A DNA stretch of 64,000 bases, taken from an uncultured Mycoplasmatota bacterium. GTDB taxonomy: Bacteria; Bacillota_I; Bacilli_A; RF39; UBA660. The translations under genes were made by a program, and so were the position numbers. The notes beneath the pieces were generated by a model that had not been told where the DNA came from, made no database searches, and saw only the letters and a list, made by a program, of their open reading frames with translations. This document shows positions 37,228 to 46,703 of the stretch, in pieces (positions within the stretch are counted from its first letter, which is position 1; each line of letters opens with the position of its first letter). The stretch is taken from positions 12,317 through 76,316 of the forward strand of contig CAMKMS010000001.1 of NCBI GenBank assembly GCA_946413985.1, given 5' to 3'.

Positions 37228-39144
37228 ATGGATAATTATGATGTAAATGACATTCAAGTATTAGAAGGATTAGAAGCTGTAAGAAAAAGACCAGGTATGT
37301 ATATTGGTACCACTGATGTAAAAGGTCTTCATCATTTAGTATGGGAAATTGTAGATAATGCAATTGATGAAGCTTTAGCTGGTTATTGTAATAATATTGA
37401 AATTGTAGTAAATAAAGATAATTCTATTACAGTAAAAGATAATGGACGTGGTATTCCAGTTGGAATACATCCAAAAACAGGAATTTCAACTGTTGAAACT
37501 GTATATACAGTATTACATGCAGGTGGAAAATTTGGAGGAGGAGGATACAAAGTATCAGGAGGACTACATGGTGTTGGTGCTTCAGTTGTTAATGCACTTT
37601 CTAAATGGGTAACAGTTACAGTTTATAAAGATGGTAAAATATATGAAACAAAATTTGCAGATGGTGGAAAAACTGTTCAAAAATTAACTGTAATTGGAGA
37701 ATGCGAAAGTAATAGAACAGGTACTGTTGTTTCATTTAAACCAGATCCAGAAATATTTGATACTGATGTATATGATTATGAAACATTAAAAGTAAGAACA
37801 AGAGAACTAGCTTTCTTAAATAAAGGTCTTAAATTAACATTAAGAGATGATAGAGATGAAGAAGATACACAAGGAGATATATTCTTGTATGAAGGTGGAA
37901 TAAGTGAATATGTTAAATTTATTAATCAAGGTAAAACACCTCTTCATGAAGATATAATTCATCTTACTGGTGAAAAAAATGATATTCAATTTGAAGTAGC
38001 AATGCAATATAATAATGGCTATTCTGAAAATATATATTCATTTGTTAATAATATAAATACTCATGATGGAGGAACACATGAAGATGGAGTTAAAAGAGCT
38101 TTAGTTAGAGTTATTAATAGTTATGCAAGAAAGAATAAAATATTAAAAGATGCAGATGAAAATTTAAAAGATGAAGATGTAAGAGAAGGATTAACAATGA
38201 TTATTTCTTGTAAACATCCAAATCCACAATTTGAAGGACAAACAAAAGGAAGACTTGGTAATTCTGAGGTAAAAAATCTAGCTGATAGTGTTTTTTCTGA
38301 AGGATTTGAACAATTTTTACTTGAAAATCCAGAAGATGCAAGAATTATTATTAGTAAAGCAATATTAGCAAGAAATGCAAGAATGGCTGCAAAAAAAGCA
38401 AGAGAAGCAACGAGAAAAAGTGATTTAGCAACTACTAATTTCTTTGGTAAATTATCAGATTGTAAAAGTAAAGATCCAAGTGAATCAGAAATATTTATAG
38501 TCGAGGGAGATAGTGCCGGTGGATCTGCAAAAAAAGGTAGAGATTCAATGACTCAGGCTATTCTTCCTTTAAGAGGAAAAATACTTAATGTTGAAAAAGC
38601 AAGAATAGATAAAGCACTTGGAAATGAAGAAATAAAATCTATAATAACAGCTTTTGGAACAGGAATTGGAGAATACTTTGATTTATCAAAATTAAGATAT
38701 GACAAAATAATAATAATGACAGATGCTGATGTTGATGGAGCACATATAAGAGTACTATTATTAACACTATTTTATAGATTTTTTAGACCAATTGTTGAAA
38801 CTGGTCATGTATATGCTGCACAACCTCCATTATTTAGAATAATGCATGGAAAAACAAGAAAATATGTTTTAACAGAAGAAGAGAAAGATGAATATTTAGC
38901 ATCACTTCCTGAAAATGTAAGAAATCGTGCTGAAATAGCTCGTATGAAAGGTTTAGGAGAAATGGATGCAGAAGAATTAAATGAAACAACTATGGATATT
39001 AATAAAAGAGTATTAAGAAAAATAACTGTTACTGATTTAATCGCAGCAGATGCAATATTCGAAAAATTAATGGGTGATGAAGTAGAACCTAGACGTGAAT
39101 TTATTGAAAATAATGCAGTTAATGTTAAGAATCTAGATATATAA
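37228..39144 (+). CDS. gyrB: DNA gyrase subunit B
   Basis: [23 protein letters not shown] and [10 protein letters not shown]. The start was set to MDNYDV at 37228. Confidence 0.97.
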   Translation: MDNYDVNDIQVLEGLEAVRKRPGMYIGTTDVKGLHHLVWEIVDNAIDEALAGYCNNIEIVVNKDNSITVKDNGRGIPVGIHPKTGISTVETVYTVLHAGGKFGGGGYKVSGGLHGVGASVVNALSKWVTVTVYKDGKIYETKFADGGKTVQKLTVIGECESNRTGTVVSFKPDPEIFDTDVYDYETLKVRTRELAFLNKGLKLTLRDDRDEEDTQGDIFLYEGGISEYVKFINQGKTPLHEDIIHLTGEKNDIQFEVAMQYNNGYSENIYSFVNNINTHDGGTHEDGVKRALVRVINSYARKNKILKDADENLKDEDVREGLTMIISCKHPNPQFEGQTKGRLGNSEVKNLADSVFSEGFEQFLLENPEDARIIISKAILARNARMAAKKAREATRKSDLATTNFFGKLSDCKSKDPSESEIFIVEGDSAGGSAKKGRDSMTQAILPLRGKILNVEKARIDKALGNEEIKSIITAFGTGIGEYFDLSKLRYDKIIIMTDADVDGAHIRVLLLTLFYRFFRPIVETGHVYAAQPPLFRIMHGKTRKYVLTEEEKDEYLASLPENVRNRAEIARMKGLGEMDAEELNETTMDINKRVLRKITVTDLIAADAIFEKLMGDEVEPRREFIENNAVNVKNLDI

Positions 39145-39156
39145 TAGGAGGGTAAA

Positions 39157-41685
39157 ATGGAAAATGATGAAGAAAAAAATATTGAAATAGATGATAATGA
39201 AGAAAATGATAGTCAAGAAGAAATAATTGATTATGGTGGACAATTTCATGAAAGAGATTCTCACGAGGAAAACAATATAGTTGATGAAGTAAAAGATTCA
39301 TTTTTAGATTATTCAATGAGTGTTATAACATCGCGTGCAATTCCAGATTTAAGAGATGGTTTAAAGCCAGTTCACAGAAGAATTCTATGGTCTATGTTTG
39401 AAGAAGGTAATACTCCAGATAAACCACATAGAAAATCTGCAACAACAGTTGGAAATGTTATGGGTCATTATCATCCTCATGGAGATGCTGCAATCTATGA
39501 TGCTATGGTAAGACTAGCACAAGATTTTAATCAAAGATATATGATGGTAGATGGACATGGTAATTTTGGAAATATTGAAGGTGATGGAGCAGCAGCTTCT
39601 CGTTATACTGAAGCAAGATTATCTAAAATATCTTTAGAATTGTTAAGAGATATAAATAAAGATACTGTAGATATGGATGACAATTTTGATGTTACAAGAA
39701 AAGAACCTAGAGTTTTGCCATCTAGATTTCCAAATATTTTAGTAAATGGTTCAATGGGAATTGCAGTTGGTATGGCAACAAATATTCCTCCTCATAACTT
39801 ATCTGAAGTAATTGATGGATGTATTGCATATATTGATAATCCTGATATTTCAACACTTGAACTAATGGAATATATTAAAGGTCCAGATTTTCCAACAGGA
39901 GGTATTATTCTCGGTAATTCTGGAATAAAGAAAGCTTATGAAACAGGAAGAGGATCAATTACAATTAGAAGTAAAGCCGAAATAGAAGAACATAATGGAC
40001 ATAATTCTATTATTATTACTGAAGTTCCATATGGTGTTAATACACAAGAATTAAAAGATAAAGTTGCAGAATTAGTTCATAATAAAATAATAGATGGAAT
40101 TACAGATTATCATACTGATTTAAAAAATGGAGTTAAAATAACAATTACATTAAAAAAAGATGCTAATGCTCAAGTTGTTTTGAATAATTTATTTAAACAT
40201 ACTGCTTTCCAAGTAAATTATGGAATAATATTCTTAATGTTAGATGGCTTAACTCCTCGTACACTCGGATTAAAAGATATTATTAGTAAATATATTGATC
40301 ATCAAAAAGAAGTAATAATTAGAAGAACTAAATTTGATTTGGCGAAGGATGAAAAAAGAGTACACATTCTAGAGGGTTATAGAATTGCATTAAACAACAT
40401 TGATGAAGTTGTTAAAATTATTAGAAATGCAGATGATGATGCCGATGCTAAAGAAAAATTAATGGATAGATTTGGTTTAGATGAGGTACAATCTGATGCA
40501 ATTTTAGAATTAAGATTAAGAAGATTAACTGGTTTAGAAAGAGAAAAAATAGAAGATGAATTGAATAATTTACTAGCCGAAATAGAAGAATTAAAATCAA
40601 TTTTAGCTTCAAATCAAAAAGTATTAGATATTATAAAGAAAGAAATGCTTGATATAAAAGATAGATATGGTGATGAAAGAAGAACAAAAATTGATATGAC
40701 AGCAATTGATTATATAGAAGATGAGGAATTGATACCTCAAGAAGAAGTAATAGTTACAATAACAAATAAAAATTATATTAAACGTATTACTAAGGATACT
40801 TATAAATCACAAAATAGAGGTGGAGTTGGTATAAAAGGAATGACTACAACAGACGAAGATTTTGTAGAACAATTACTTCCAATGAATACACATGACTATA
40901 TCTTATTCTTCTCAAATAAAGGAAAAGTATATAGATTAAAAGGTTATAAGATACCTGAATATTCAAGAACTGGTAAAGGATTACCTTTAATTAACTTATT
41001 AAATATAGAAAAAGATGAAAAAATTAATACTATTCTAAAAGTAAATGATAGTGATACAAATAAATGTTTGCTTTTTGCTACTAAAAATGGATTGATTAAA
41101 AGAACTAAATTAAGTGATTTTGATAATATTAGACAAACAGGTAAAATTGCAATAACACTTAAAGAGGAAGATGAATTAATAGCTGTAAAAGTAACTTCTG
41201 ATGATAGTCAAATATTAATGTGTTCTTCAAAAGGAAGAATGGTTAGATTTGCTGCAAATGAAGTAAGAATAATGGGTCGTACAGCATCAGGTGTTAGAGG
41301 TATAAATTTATCTAATGATATATGTGTTGGAGCAGAAATATCAGAACCAGGCAAATTATTATTAGTTGTAACTGAAAATGGTTATGGTAAAAAGACAGCA
41401 ATTGAAGAATATAGAGAAACAAAAAGAGGTAGTAAAGGAGTTAAAACATTAAATATATCTGATAAAAATGGAAAAATTATTAGTTTTAAATCAACAAATA
41501 ATGATCAGGATTTAATGATAATAACTACTTTTGGAATTATAATCAGATTGGATGTTAATTCTATATCTCAAATGGGAAGAGTAACTAAAGGCGTTAAATT
41601 AATTAATCTTAAAGATAATAATAAAGTAGCATCAATATCTTTAGTTGATAAAGAAAATGAAATTGAACAAGTAGAAGAAGAATAA
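39157..41685 (+). CDS. gyrA: DNA gyrase subunit A
   Basis: DGLKPVHRR, HPHGD and AAASRYTE (catalytic Tyr), with a C-terminal beta-pinwheel. It has an unusually long acidic N-terminal extension. Confidence 0.97.
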   Translation: MENDEEKNIEIDDNEENDSQEEIIDYGGQFHERDSHEENNIVDEVKDSFLDYSMSVITSRAIPDLRDGLKPVHRRILWSMFEEGNTPDKPHRKSATTVGNVMGHYHPHGDAAIYDAMVRLAQDFNQRYMMVDGHGNFGNIEGDGAAASRYTEARLSKISLELLRDINKDTVDMDDNFDVTRKEPRVLPSRFPNILVNGSMGIAVGMATNIPPHNLSEVIDGCIAYIDNPDISTLELMEYIKGPDFPTGGIILGNSGIKKAYETGRGSITIRSKAEIEEHNGHNSIIITEVPYGVNTQELKDKVAELVHNKIIDGITDYHTDLKNGVKITITLKKDANAQVVLNNLFKHTAFQVNYGIIFLMLDGLTPRTLGLKDIISKYIDHQKEVIIRRTKFDLAKDEKRVHILEGYRIALNNIDEVVKIIRNADDDADAKEKLMDRFGLDEVQSDAILELRLRRLTGLEREKIEDELNNLLAEIEELKSILASNQKVLDIIKKEMLDIKDRYGDERRTKIDMTAIDYIEDEELIPQEEVIVTITNKNYIKRITKDTYKSQNRGGVGIKGMTTTDEDFVEQLLPMNTHDYILFFSNKGKVYRLKGYKIPEYSRTGKGLPLINLLNIEKDEKINTILKVNDSDTNKCLLFATKNGLIKRTKLSDFDNIRQTGKIAITLKEEDELIAVKVTSDDSQILMCSSKGRMVRFAANEVRIMGRTASGVRGINLSNDICVGAEISEPGKLLLVVTENGYGKKTAIEEYRETKRGSKGVKTLNISDKNGKIISFKSTNNDQDLMIITTFGIIIRLDVNSISQMGRVTKGVKLINLKDNNKVASISLVDKENEIEQVEEE

Positions 41686-41700
41686 TTTCTTCTACTTTTT
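41671..41700 (+). terminator. gyrA rho-independent terminator
   Basis: GTAGAAGAA / TTCTTCTAC stem enclosing the stop codon, then T5. Confidence 0.7.
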
Positions 41701-41714
41701 ATTTCCCGGGAAAT
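41701..41714. other. Noc-binding-site (NBS)-type palindrome ATTTCCCGGGAAAT
   Basis: The 14-bp perfect palindrome is identical to the B. subtilis NBS consensus as I remember it. I found only this one copy in the window. Confidence 0.6.
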
Positions 41715-41726
41715 AATTTTGTGTAA

Positions 41727-41742
41727 TGTTCCACGTGGAACA
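41727..41742. other. parS site 1 (TGTTCCACGTGGAACA)
   Basis: A perfect 16-bp palindrome with one mismatch to B. subtilis parS TGTTCCACGTGAAACA. It is origin-proximal. Confidence 0.75.
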
Positions 41743-41772
41743 TATCAATTTAAAAATAAAGTATAATAAAAA

Positions 41773-41788
41773 TGTTCCACGTGGAACA
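41773..41788. other. parS site 2 (TGTTCCACGTGGAACA)
   Basis: An identical second copy 46 bp downstream of site 1. Both share the same flanks (A..T), making 18-bp palindromes. Confidence 0.75.
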
Positions 41789-41800
41789 TATAAATAATAA

Positions 41801-41829
41801 TTGATTTTTCAAAAATAATATCATATAAT
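41801..41829 (+). promoter_or_regulatory. Promoter of the SRP RNA gene (TTGATT-17-TATAAT)
   Basis: TTGATT (41801-41806), a 17-nt spacer, then TATAAT (41824-41829). The predicted start is near G41836. Confidence 0.6.
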
Positions 41830-41835
41830 TAATAC

Positions 41836-41915
41836 GTGCAACAAATAGAATACGAATCAGGTCAGAATTGGAAAATAGCAGCCTTAAGTATAATATTTGT
41901 GTGCACATTTTTTTT
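41836..41915 (+). ncRNA. ffs: Signal recognition particle RNA, minimal (helix 8 only) form
   Basis: CAGGUCAGAAUUGGAAAAUAGCAGCC matches the conserved domain IV (CAGGUCAG....GGAA...AGCAGCC of 4.5S RNA). A closing stem pairs GUGCAACAAAUA with UAUUUGUGUGCAC. A U8 tract follows. Confidence 0.75.
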
Positions 41916-41924
41916 GGAGTAAAT

Positions 41925-42326
41925 ATGAAAAAATATTATGAGTTATTAAAAAAATTAAATAATAAAGCAATAAAGAATGGAGATGTGCCAATATCTGCAA
42001 TTATTGTGCATCAAAATAAAATAATAGCAAAAGAATATAATAGAAAATATAAAAATAATGATCCTTTTGCACATGCAGAAATTTTAGCAATAAAAAAGGC
42101 ATCAAAGGTACTAAAAACGCCTAATTTAAGTGAATGTGAATTGTATGTAACTTTACTTCCTTGTAATATGTGCAAAGAAGTAATTAAAGAATCTAAAATA
42201 AAAAAAGTATATTATTTTATTAACAATAATAAAGAAATTAATTATAAAGTAAATTATTCAAAGTTGGTTGATGAAAATGATTATTTTTCTAAGGAATTAT
42301 CTGATTTTTTTCAACAGAAAAGATAG
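41925..42326 (+). CDS. tadA: tRNA-specific adenosine deaminase
   Basis: Zinc motifs HAE and PCNMC. The start was set to the ATG at 41925 (GGAG RBS); the ORF-track start at 41868 lies inside the SRP RNA. Confidence 0.88.
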   Translation: MKKYYELLKKLNNKAIKNGDVPISAIIVHQNKIIAKEYNRKYKNNDPFAHAEILAIKKASKVLKTPNLSECELYVTLLPCNMCKEVIKESKIKKVYYFINNNKEINYKVNYSKLVDENDYFSKELSDFFQQKR

Positions 42327-42370
42327 ATAAATAAAGGAATATTTGATATAATTAATACAGGAGGAATTAT

Positions 42371-44005
42371 ATGGCATATATATCATTGTATAGAAAATAT
42401 AGGCCAAGAAGCTTTGCAGATGTTGTAGGTCAAGATGTTATTATAAAAATATTAAAAAATAGTATAATTAATAATAAAATTGGACATGCATACATATTTA
42501 GTGGCCCAAGAGGAACTGGCAAAACAAGTACAGCAAAAATATTTGCAAATGCAGTAAACTGCCAAAATCCCATTGATGGAGATGTATGTGGAAAATGTGA
42601 TATTTGCAAAAATAATGGCAATGAAGAAATAGATATAGTTGAAATTGATGCAGCAAGTAATAATGGTGTTGAAGAGATTAGAGAAATTAAAAATTCAATT
42701 AAACTTCTTCCGGTTGAATTAAAATATAAAGTTTATATAATTGATGAAGTTCATATGCTATCATCAAGTGCTTTTAATGCTCTGTTAAAAACTTTAGAAG
42801 AACCACCAGCACATGCAATTTTTATACTAGCTACAACAGAAATTAATAAAATACCATTAACGGTTTTATCTAGATGTCAAAAATTTGATTTTAAAAAAAT
42901 AAATAAGATTGATATATTTAAAAGATTAGAATATATAATTAAAGAGGAAAAAATTAATAATATAGATAAAGATATATTGAATCTTATTTCAGATCTTAGT
43001 GATGGTGGATTAAGAGATGCTATAAATCTTTTAGATCAAGTAAATTCATTAAATAAAGACAATATTACACAAACAGATGTTCTTAATTTGGTGGGTGCAA
43101 TAAATAAAAATTTAATAATTGAATTCTTGAATAGTATTATTGAGTGTAACATAATCAATGTTATAAAAAATGTTAATGATTTTTATGATAAAAGTATAAA
43201 TTTTATAAATGTGGTCAATAATTTAGAATCATTAATTAAAGATATTTTAATATTCAATAATAGTAGTAATTATTTTGATAAAGAATATGAAGATATTTTA
43301 TATAATTTTTCGAAAATAGATATTGATTTATTACTTAAAGCATCAGAGTATTTATTTGCTTTAAATAATGAATTAAAGAAGAATAATCAAAGAGTAATAT
43401 CTGAAATATATCTTTTAAAAATCACTTTATTATTTAAAAATGAAAATTTAAATAATAATATAAAAAATGATAGTAATAACACTAATAATAAGAATCATAA
43501 AAATGAAGAAAAATTAGAATTTTCAGTTAATAAAGAAGAAATTATTAATAATAAAGCTATTTTAATAAATAATGTGTTTTTTGGGGCAAACAAAGAGGAA
43601 AAAGAAAAATTTATTAAAAAATATAATAATATAAGTGAATATTTAACAGATAAGAACTTTAACTCAATAGCAAATTTATTAATTAAAGCTGTTCCCGAAG
43701 TAGTTTCAAAAGATATAGTATTGTTTTCTTTTAAAAATGATTTTGAAGTAGTATTATTTGATAAAAATTGGGAATTGGTTAAGAAAATATTAAAAAATAT
43801 TTATAAGAAGAATTATGATGTGATTGCAATTAGTATTAATGATTGGAATATTGAAAAAAATAAATATATTCAAAATGTAAAAAACGGTGTAAAATATACT
43901 TATATTGATGAAAAAAAAGAAAAAAAATCATCAAGAAAAAAGAAAAATGATCTAGAAAATATTGTTGAAGATATTTTTGGTGAAGAAATAATAGTGGAGG
44001 AATAA
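42371..44005 (+). CDS. dnaX: DNA polymerase III subunits gamma/tau
   Basis: Walker A GPRGTGKTS, a zinc module C..C..C..C, SRC motif (LSRCQKF) and IIDEVHML. Confidence 0.95.
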   Translation: MAYISLYRKYRPRSFADVVGQDVIIKILKNSIINNKIGHAYIFSGPRGTGKTSTAKIFANAVNCQNPIDGDVCGKCDICKNNGNEEIDIVEIDAASNNGVEEIREIKNSIKLLPVELKYKVYIIDEVHMLSSSAFNALLKTLEEPPAHAIFILATTEINKIPLTVLSRCQKFDFKKINKIDIFKRLEYIIKEEKINNIDKDILNLISDLSDGGLRDAINLLDQVNSLNKDNITQTDVLNLVGAINKNLIIEFLNSIIECNIINVIKNVNDFYDKSINFINVVNNLESLIKDILIFNNSSNYFDKEYEDILYNFSKIDIDLLLKASEYLFALNNELKKNNQRVISEIYLLKITLLFKNENLNNNIKNDSNNTNNKNHKNEEKLEFSVNKEEIINNKAILINNVFFGANKEEKEKFIKKYNNISEYLTDKNFNSIANLLIKAVPEVVSKDIVLFSFKNDFEVVLFDKNWELVKKILKNIYKKNYDVIAISINDWNIEKNKYIQNVKNGVKYTYIDEKKEKKSSRKKKNDLENIVEDIFGEEIIVEE

Positions 44006-44008
44006 AAA

Positions 44009-44302
44009 ATGAATATTCAAGCAATGATGGCACAAGCCAGAAAATTACAAAAAGATTTAGAAAAAACAACAGAAGAAATAAATAATACTGTATTTAAGTA
44101 TGAAAATGATAATGTTTTAATTGAATGTATGGGTGATAACACAATAAAAAAAGTAACCATAAAAAATGAAGATATATTGTCTGATAAAGAAATGATAGAG
44201 GATATTATTCTTGTAGCAATAAATGATGTTCTAAAACAAGTAAAATCTACTAAAGATTCAAAATTAGGAAAATATACTAATGGACTTGGAGGTTTATTTT
44301 AG
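44009..44302 (+). CDS. ybaB: Nucleoid-associated protein YbaB/EbfC
   Basis: 97 aa beginning MNIQAMMAQARKLQKDLEK.., in the conserved dnaX-ybaB-recR order. Confidence 0.9.
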   Translation: MNIQAMMAQARKLQKDLEKTTEEINNTVFKYENDNVLIECMGDNTIKKVTIKNEDILSDKEMIEDIILVAINDVLKQVKSTKDSKLGKYTNGLGGLF

Positions 44303-44304
44303 TT

Positions 44305-44904
44305 ATGTTTTTACCTAAGAGTTTTGAAGAATTGGTAAAAAATTTATCAATATTTCCAGGTGTTGGTGAAAAAACAGCGGAAAGATATGTATATTCATTA
44401 ATAGATAGAGATGAAGAAGAAATAGAAAATTTATCAAAATCATTAATTAATTTTAAAAAGAATATAAAATATTGTGAACGTTGTGGATGTTTAAGTGATT
44501 ATGATATATGCGATATATGTTCTAACAATAGAAGAGATAATTCAATAATTTGTATTGTTGAGGATTCAAAAAGTGTATTTTCTATAGAAAAAACTCAAAA
44601 GTATAAAGGATATTATCACGTATTAAATGGATTAATATCTCCAATTGAAGGAATCAATCCAGAAGATTTAAATATTCCTTCATTATTAAATAGAATTACA
44701 GATAATGTTAAAGAGATTGTTATTGCTTTGAATCCATCAATAGAGGGAGAAGTTACTTCAATGTATATTCAAAAAATATTAGAACAAAAAAATGTTAAAG
44801 TTTCTAGATTATCTTATGGAATTCCAATTGGAAGTGACATTGAATATTTAGATCCAATAATGATGTCAAAGGCATTAGAGGATAGAAAGGTTATATCAAG
44901 CTAA
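44305..44904 (+). CDS. recR: Recombination protein RecR
   Basis: HhH N-terminus, a Cys4 finger (CERCGC..CDIC) and a Toprim domain. Confidence 0.95.
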   Translation: MFLPKSFEELVKNLSIFPGVGEKTAERYVYSLIDRDEEEIENLSKSLINFKKNIKYCERCGCLSDYDICDICSNNRRDNSIICIVEDSKSVFSIEKTQKYKGYYHVLNGLISPIEGINPEDLNIPSLLNRITDNVKEIVIALNPSIEGEVTSMYIQKILEQKNVKVSRLSYGIPIGSDIEYLDPIMMSKALEDRKVISS

Positions 44905-44931
44905 ATAATACATAATATTTAAAGTGATATT

Positions 44932-45108
44932 ATGATGTTTAGTATAATAAAAAAATTAGTTTTAAGTATATGTTTATTATATACAATAAATGTTTTCATA
45001 AGTAGGATTGGAAAAATAATACCAATTAATATTTATACAATAATTCTAGTTTATTTTTTTGATTTTTTAGGTATAATAGCTATAATATATTTCAAATATT
45101 ATTGGTGA
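44932..45108 (+). CDS. Small 2-TM protein, BofA-like (pro-sigma-K processing inhibitor candidate)
   Basis: Not in the ORF track (58 aa): MMFSIIKKLVLSICLLYTINVFISRIGKIIPINIYTIILVYFFDFLGIIAIIYFKYYW. The G..IP.N..T.......LG pattern and the position after recR recall B. subtilis bofA. Confidence 0.45.
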   Translation: MMFSIIKKLVLSICLLYTINVFISRIGKIIPINIYTIILVYFFDFLGIIAIIYFKYYW

Positions 45109-45118
45109 GGAGGAAAAG

Positions 45119-45904
45119 TTGAATAATTTATATGATTATTTTAAGAAAATTATTGAGGAAGATAAGTTAGTTCAATCATTTATTATTGGAAATACTAAAT
45201 TTGATGATATTAAAGATGAATTATTTAAAGTATTTAACTCTTTCTTTTTTAAAAATAATTTAAATCTTGAAGAGAATCCTGATTTGTTTATATTAAAACC
45301 AAATAATGGTATTGTATCTAAAGATGATATAAAAAATCTAATTAATAATATTAATACTACTTCTCAATTTAATAATATTAAAATATATGTGATAGATGAA
45401 AGTGAAAAACTTAATGATTATGCTTATAATGCTATATTAAAAACCTTGGAAGAACCTGCTCCTAATGTATATGCATTTTTAATAACAAAAAATATTGATT
45501 CAGTAAAATCTACAATACTTAGTAGATGTCAAAAAATATTTATTTCTTCAGAAGCTAAGGAAGAAGAATATGATGAAGAAATAGAAGTTCTTGGTAATGA
45601 AATAATTGATCTATTAGAAAAAAATCCAATAAGTATAATTAGTAATCATTTTGATATATATAATAAAATAAGAGATAGAGTAATTTTTAAAAATATACTG
45701 ATGTATTTAGAAAAAAAATATGTTCAGGATTTAAATAATAAAATTTATAACAATTCAATAATAGATTTGGATATTGAGTTATTATCTAAAAAGATATTAG
45801 TAATAAATAATAATATTAATATATCAGATTATTATTTAAATAAAAATTTATTTATTGATAAATTTTTGATAGAAATGTGGAGATGTAATAATGAGAACAG
45901 TTAA
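45119..45904 (+). CDS. holB: DNA polymerase III subunit delta-prime
   Basis: TTG start after an AGGAGG RBS. AAA+-like with LKTLEEP and SRCQ motifs but no intact Walker A, as is typical of delta-prime. Confidence 0.85.
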   Translation: MNNLYDYFKKIIEEDKLVQSFIIGNTKFDDIKDELFKVFNSFFFKNNLNLEENPDLFILKPNNGIVSKDDIKNLINNINTTSQFNNIKIYVIDESEKLNDYAYNAILKTLEEPAPNVYAFLITKNIDSVKSTILSRCQKIFISSEAKEEEYDEEIEVLGNEIIDLLEKNPISIISNHFDIYNKIRDRVIFKNILMYLEKKYVQDLNNKIYNNSIIDLDIELLSKKILVINNNINISDYYLNKNLFIDKFLIEMWRCNNENS

Positions 45905-46703
45905 TGTAGAATTTAAAGAAAATGGAAAACAATATGTTTTTTTTGATAATAATTTAGATATTAATGAAGGAGATTATGTAATTGTAGAAACTGAAAGAGG
46001 TATTCAATTTGGAAAAGCTGTTTCATTATCTTCTGATGATCACAAAGAACATTATAATGTTTTAAAAATTGCAAACAAAAATGATTTTAAGAAAAATCAA
46101 CAAAATATAAAAGATTCAGCTAAAGCTTTAGAGAAAGCTAAAGAATTGGTTAATGAATTAGGTTTAGAAATGAAATTAATTGATTGTTATTTTGCTTTTG
46201 ATAGGAAACAATTAGTTTTTCAATTTTTAGCAGATAATAGAATTGATTTTAGAGAACTAGCAAAAGAATTAGCAGCAATATATAAAACAAGAATCGAATT
46301 AAGACAAGTTGGTGTCAGAGATAAAGCAAAAGAAATATCTGGTTTAGGGGCTTGTGGTAGAAAACTTTGTTGTTCTTCATTTTTATCTGATTTAGATTCT
46401 GTAGGAATTTCACAAGTTAAAAATCAAAATTTAGCTTTGAATCCAGCAAAAATAAATGGGTTATGCGGTAGACTTTTATGTTGTTTAAAATATGAAGATG
46501 ATATATATACAGAATATAGAAAAGATTTACCAGAGGTTGGAGATAGAGTAAAAAATGATGGAGTTGAAGGTACTGTATTAACATTAGATATTCCTGGAAG
46601 AAAATATGTTATGCTTACTGATGAAAATGAGAAAATAGAAGTTTATGTACCATTTAAAAAATATGAAAAAAATTCAAATGAAAGAAAATATAGAAATAAA
46701 TGA
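45891..46703 (+). CDS. yaaT: PSP1-domain protein YaaT/RicT (stage 0 sporulation)
   Basis: A PSP1 C-terminal domain with a Cys cluster (GACGRKLCCSSFL..GLCGRLLCCLKYE). Conserved position after holB. Confidence 0.88.
   Translation: MRTVNVEFKENGKQYVFFDNNLDINEGDYVIVETERGIQFGKAVSLSSDDHKEHYNVLKIANKNDFKKNQQNIKDSAKALEKAKELVNELGLEMKLIDCYFAFDRKQLVFQFLADNRIDFRELAKELAAIYKTRIELRQVGVRDKAKEISGLGACGRKLCCSSFLSDLDSVGISQVKNQNLALNPAKINGLCGRLLCCLKYEDDIYTEYRKDLPEVGDRVKNDGVEGTVLTLDIPGRKYVMLTDENEKIEVYVPFKKYEKNSNERKYRNK

Noticed and set aside
39157-39300. Acidic ~45-aa N-terminal extension of GyrA as a distinct functional module
   Set aside because: It is a low-complexity Asp/Glu/Asn-rich stretch like the tails of DnaA, FtsH, RpoE and the ParB-like protein in this genome. 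It most likely reflects compositional drift.
41727-41788. LexA/SOS boxes or plain terminator hairpins for the GTTCCACGTGGAAC palindromes
   Set aside because: The Firmicute SOS box is GAAC-N4-GTTC, and here the half-sites are in the opposite order. No U-run follows either palindrome. The 16-mer differs from B. subtilis parS at a single position, so parS is the better explanation.
43900-43960. A-rich runs in dnaX as a programmed frameshift site for a gamma subunit
   Set aside because: The A-runs lie at the extreme C-terminus, after all functional domains, where a frameshift would not generate a gamma-like product. They simply encode a Lys/Glu-rich tail.
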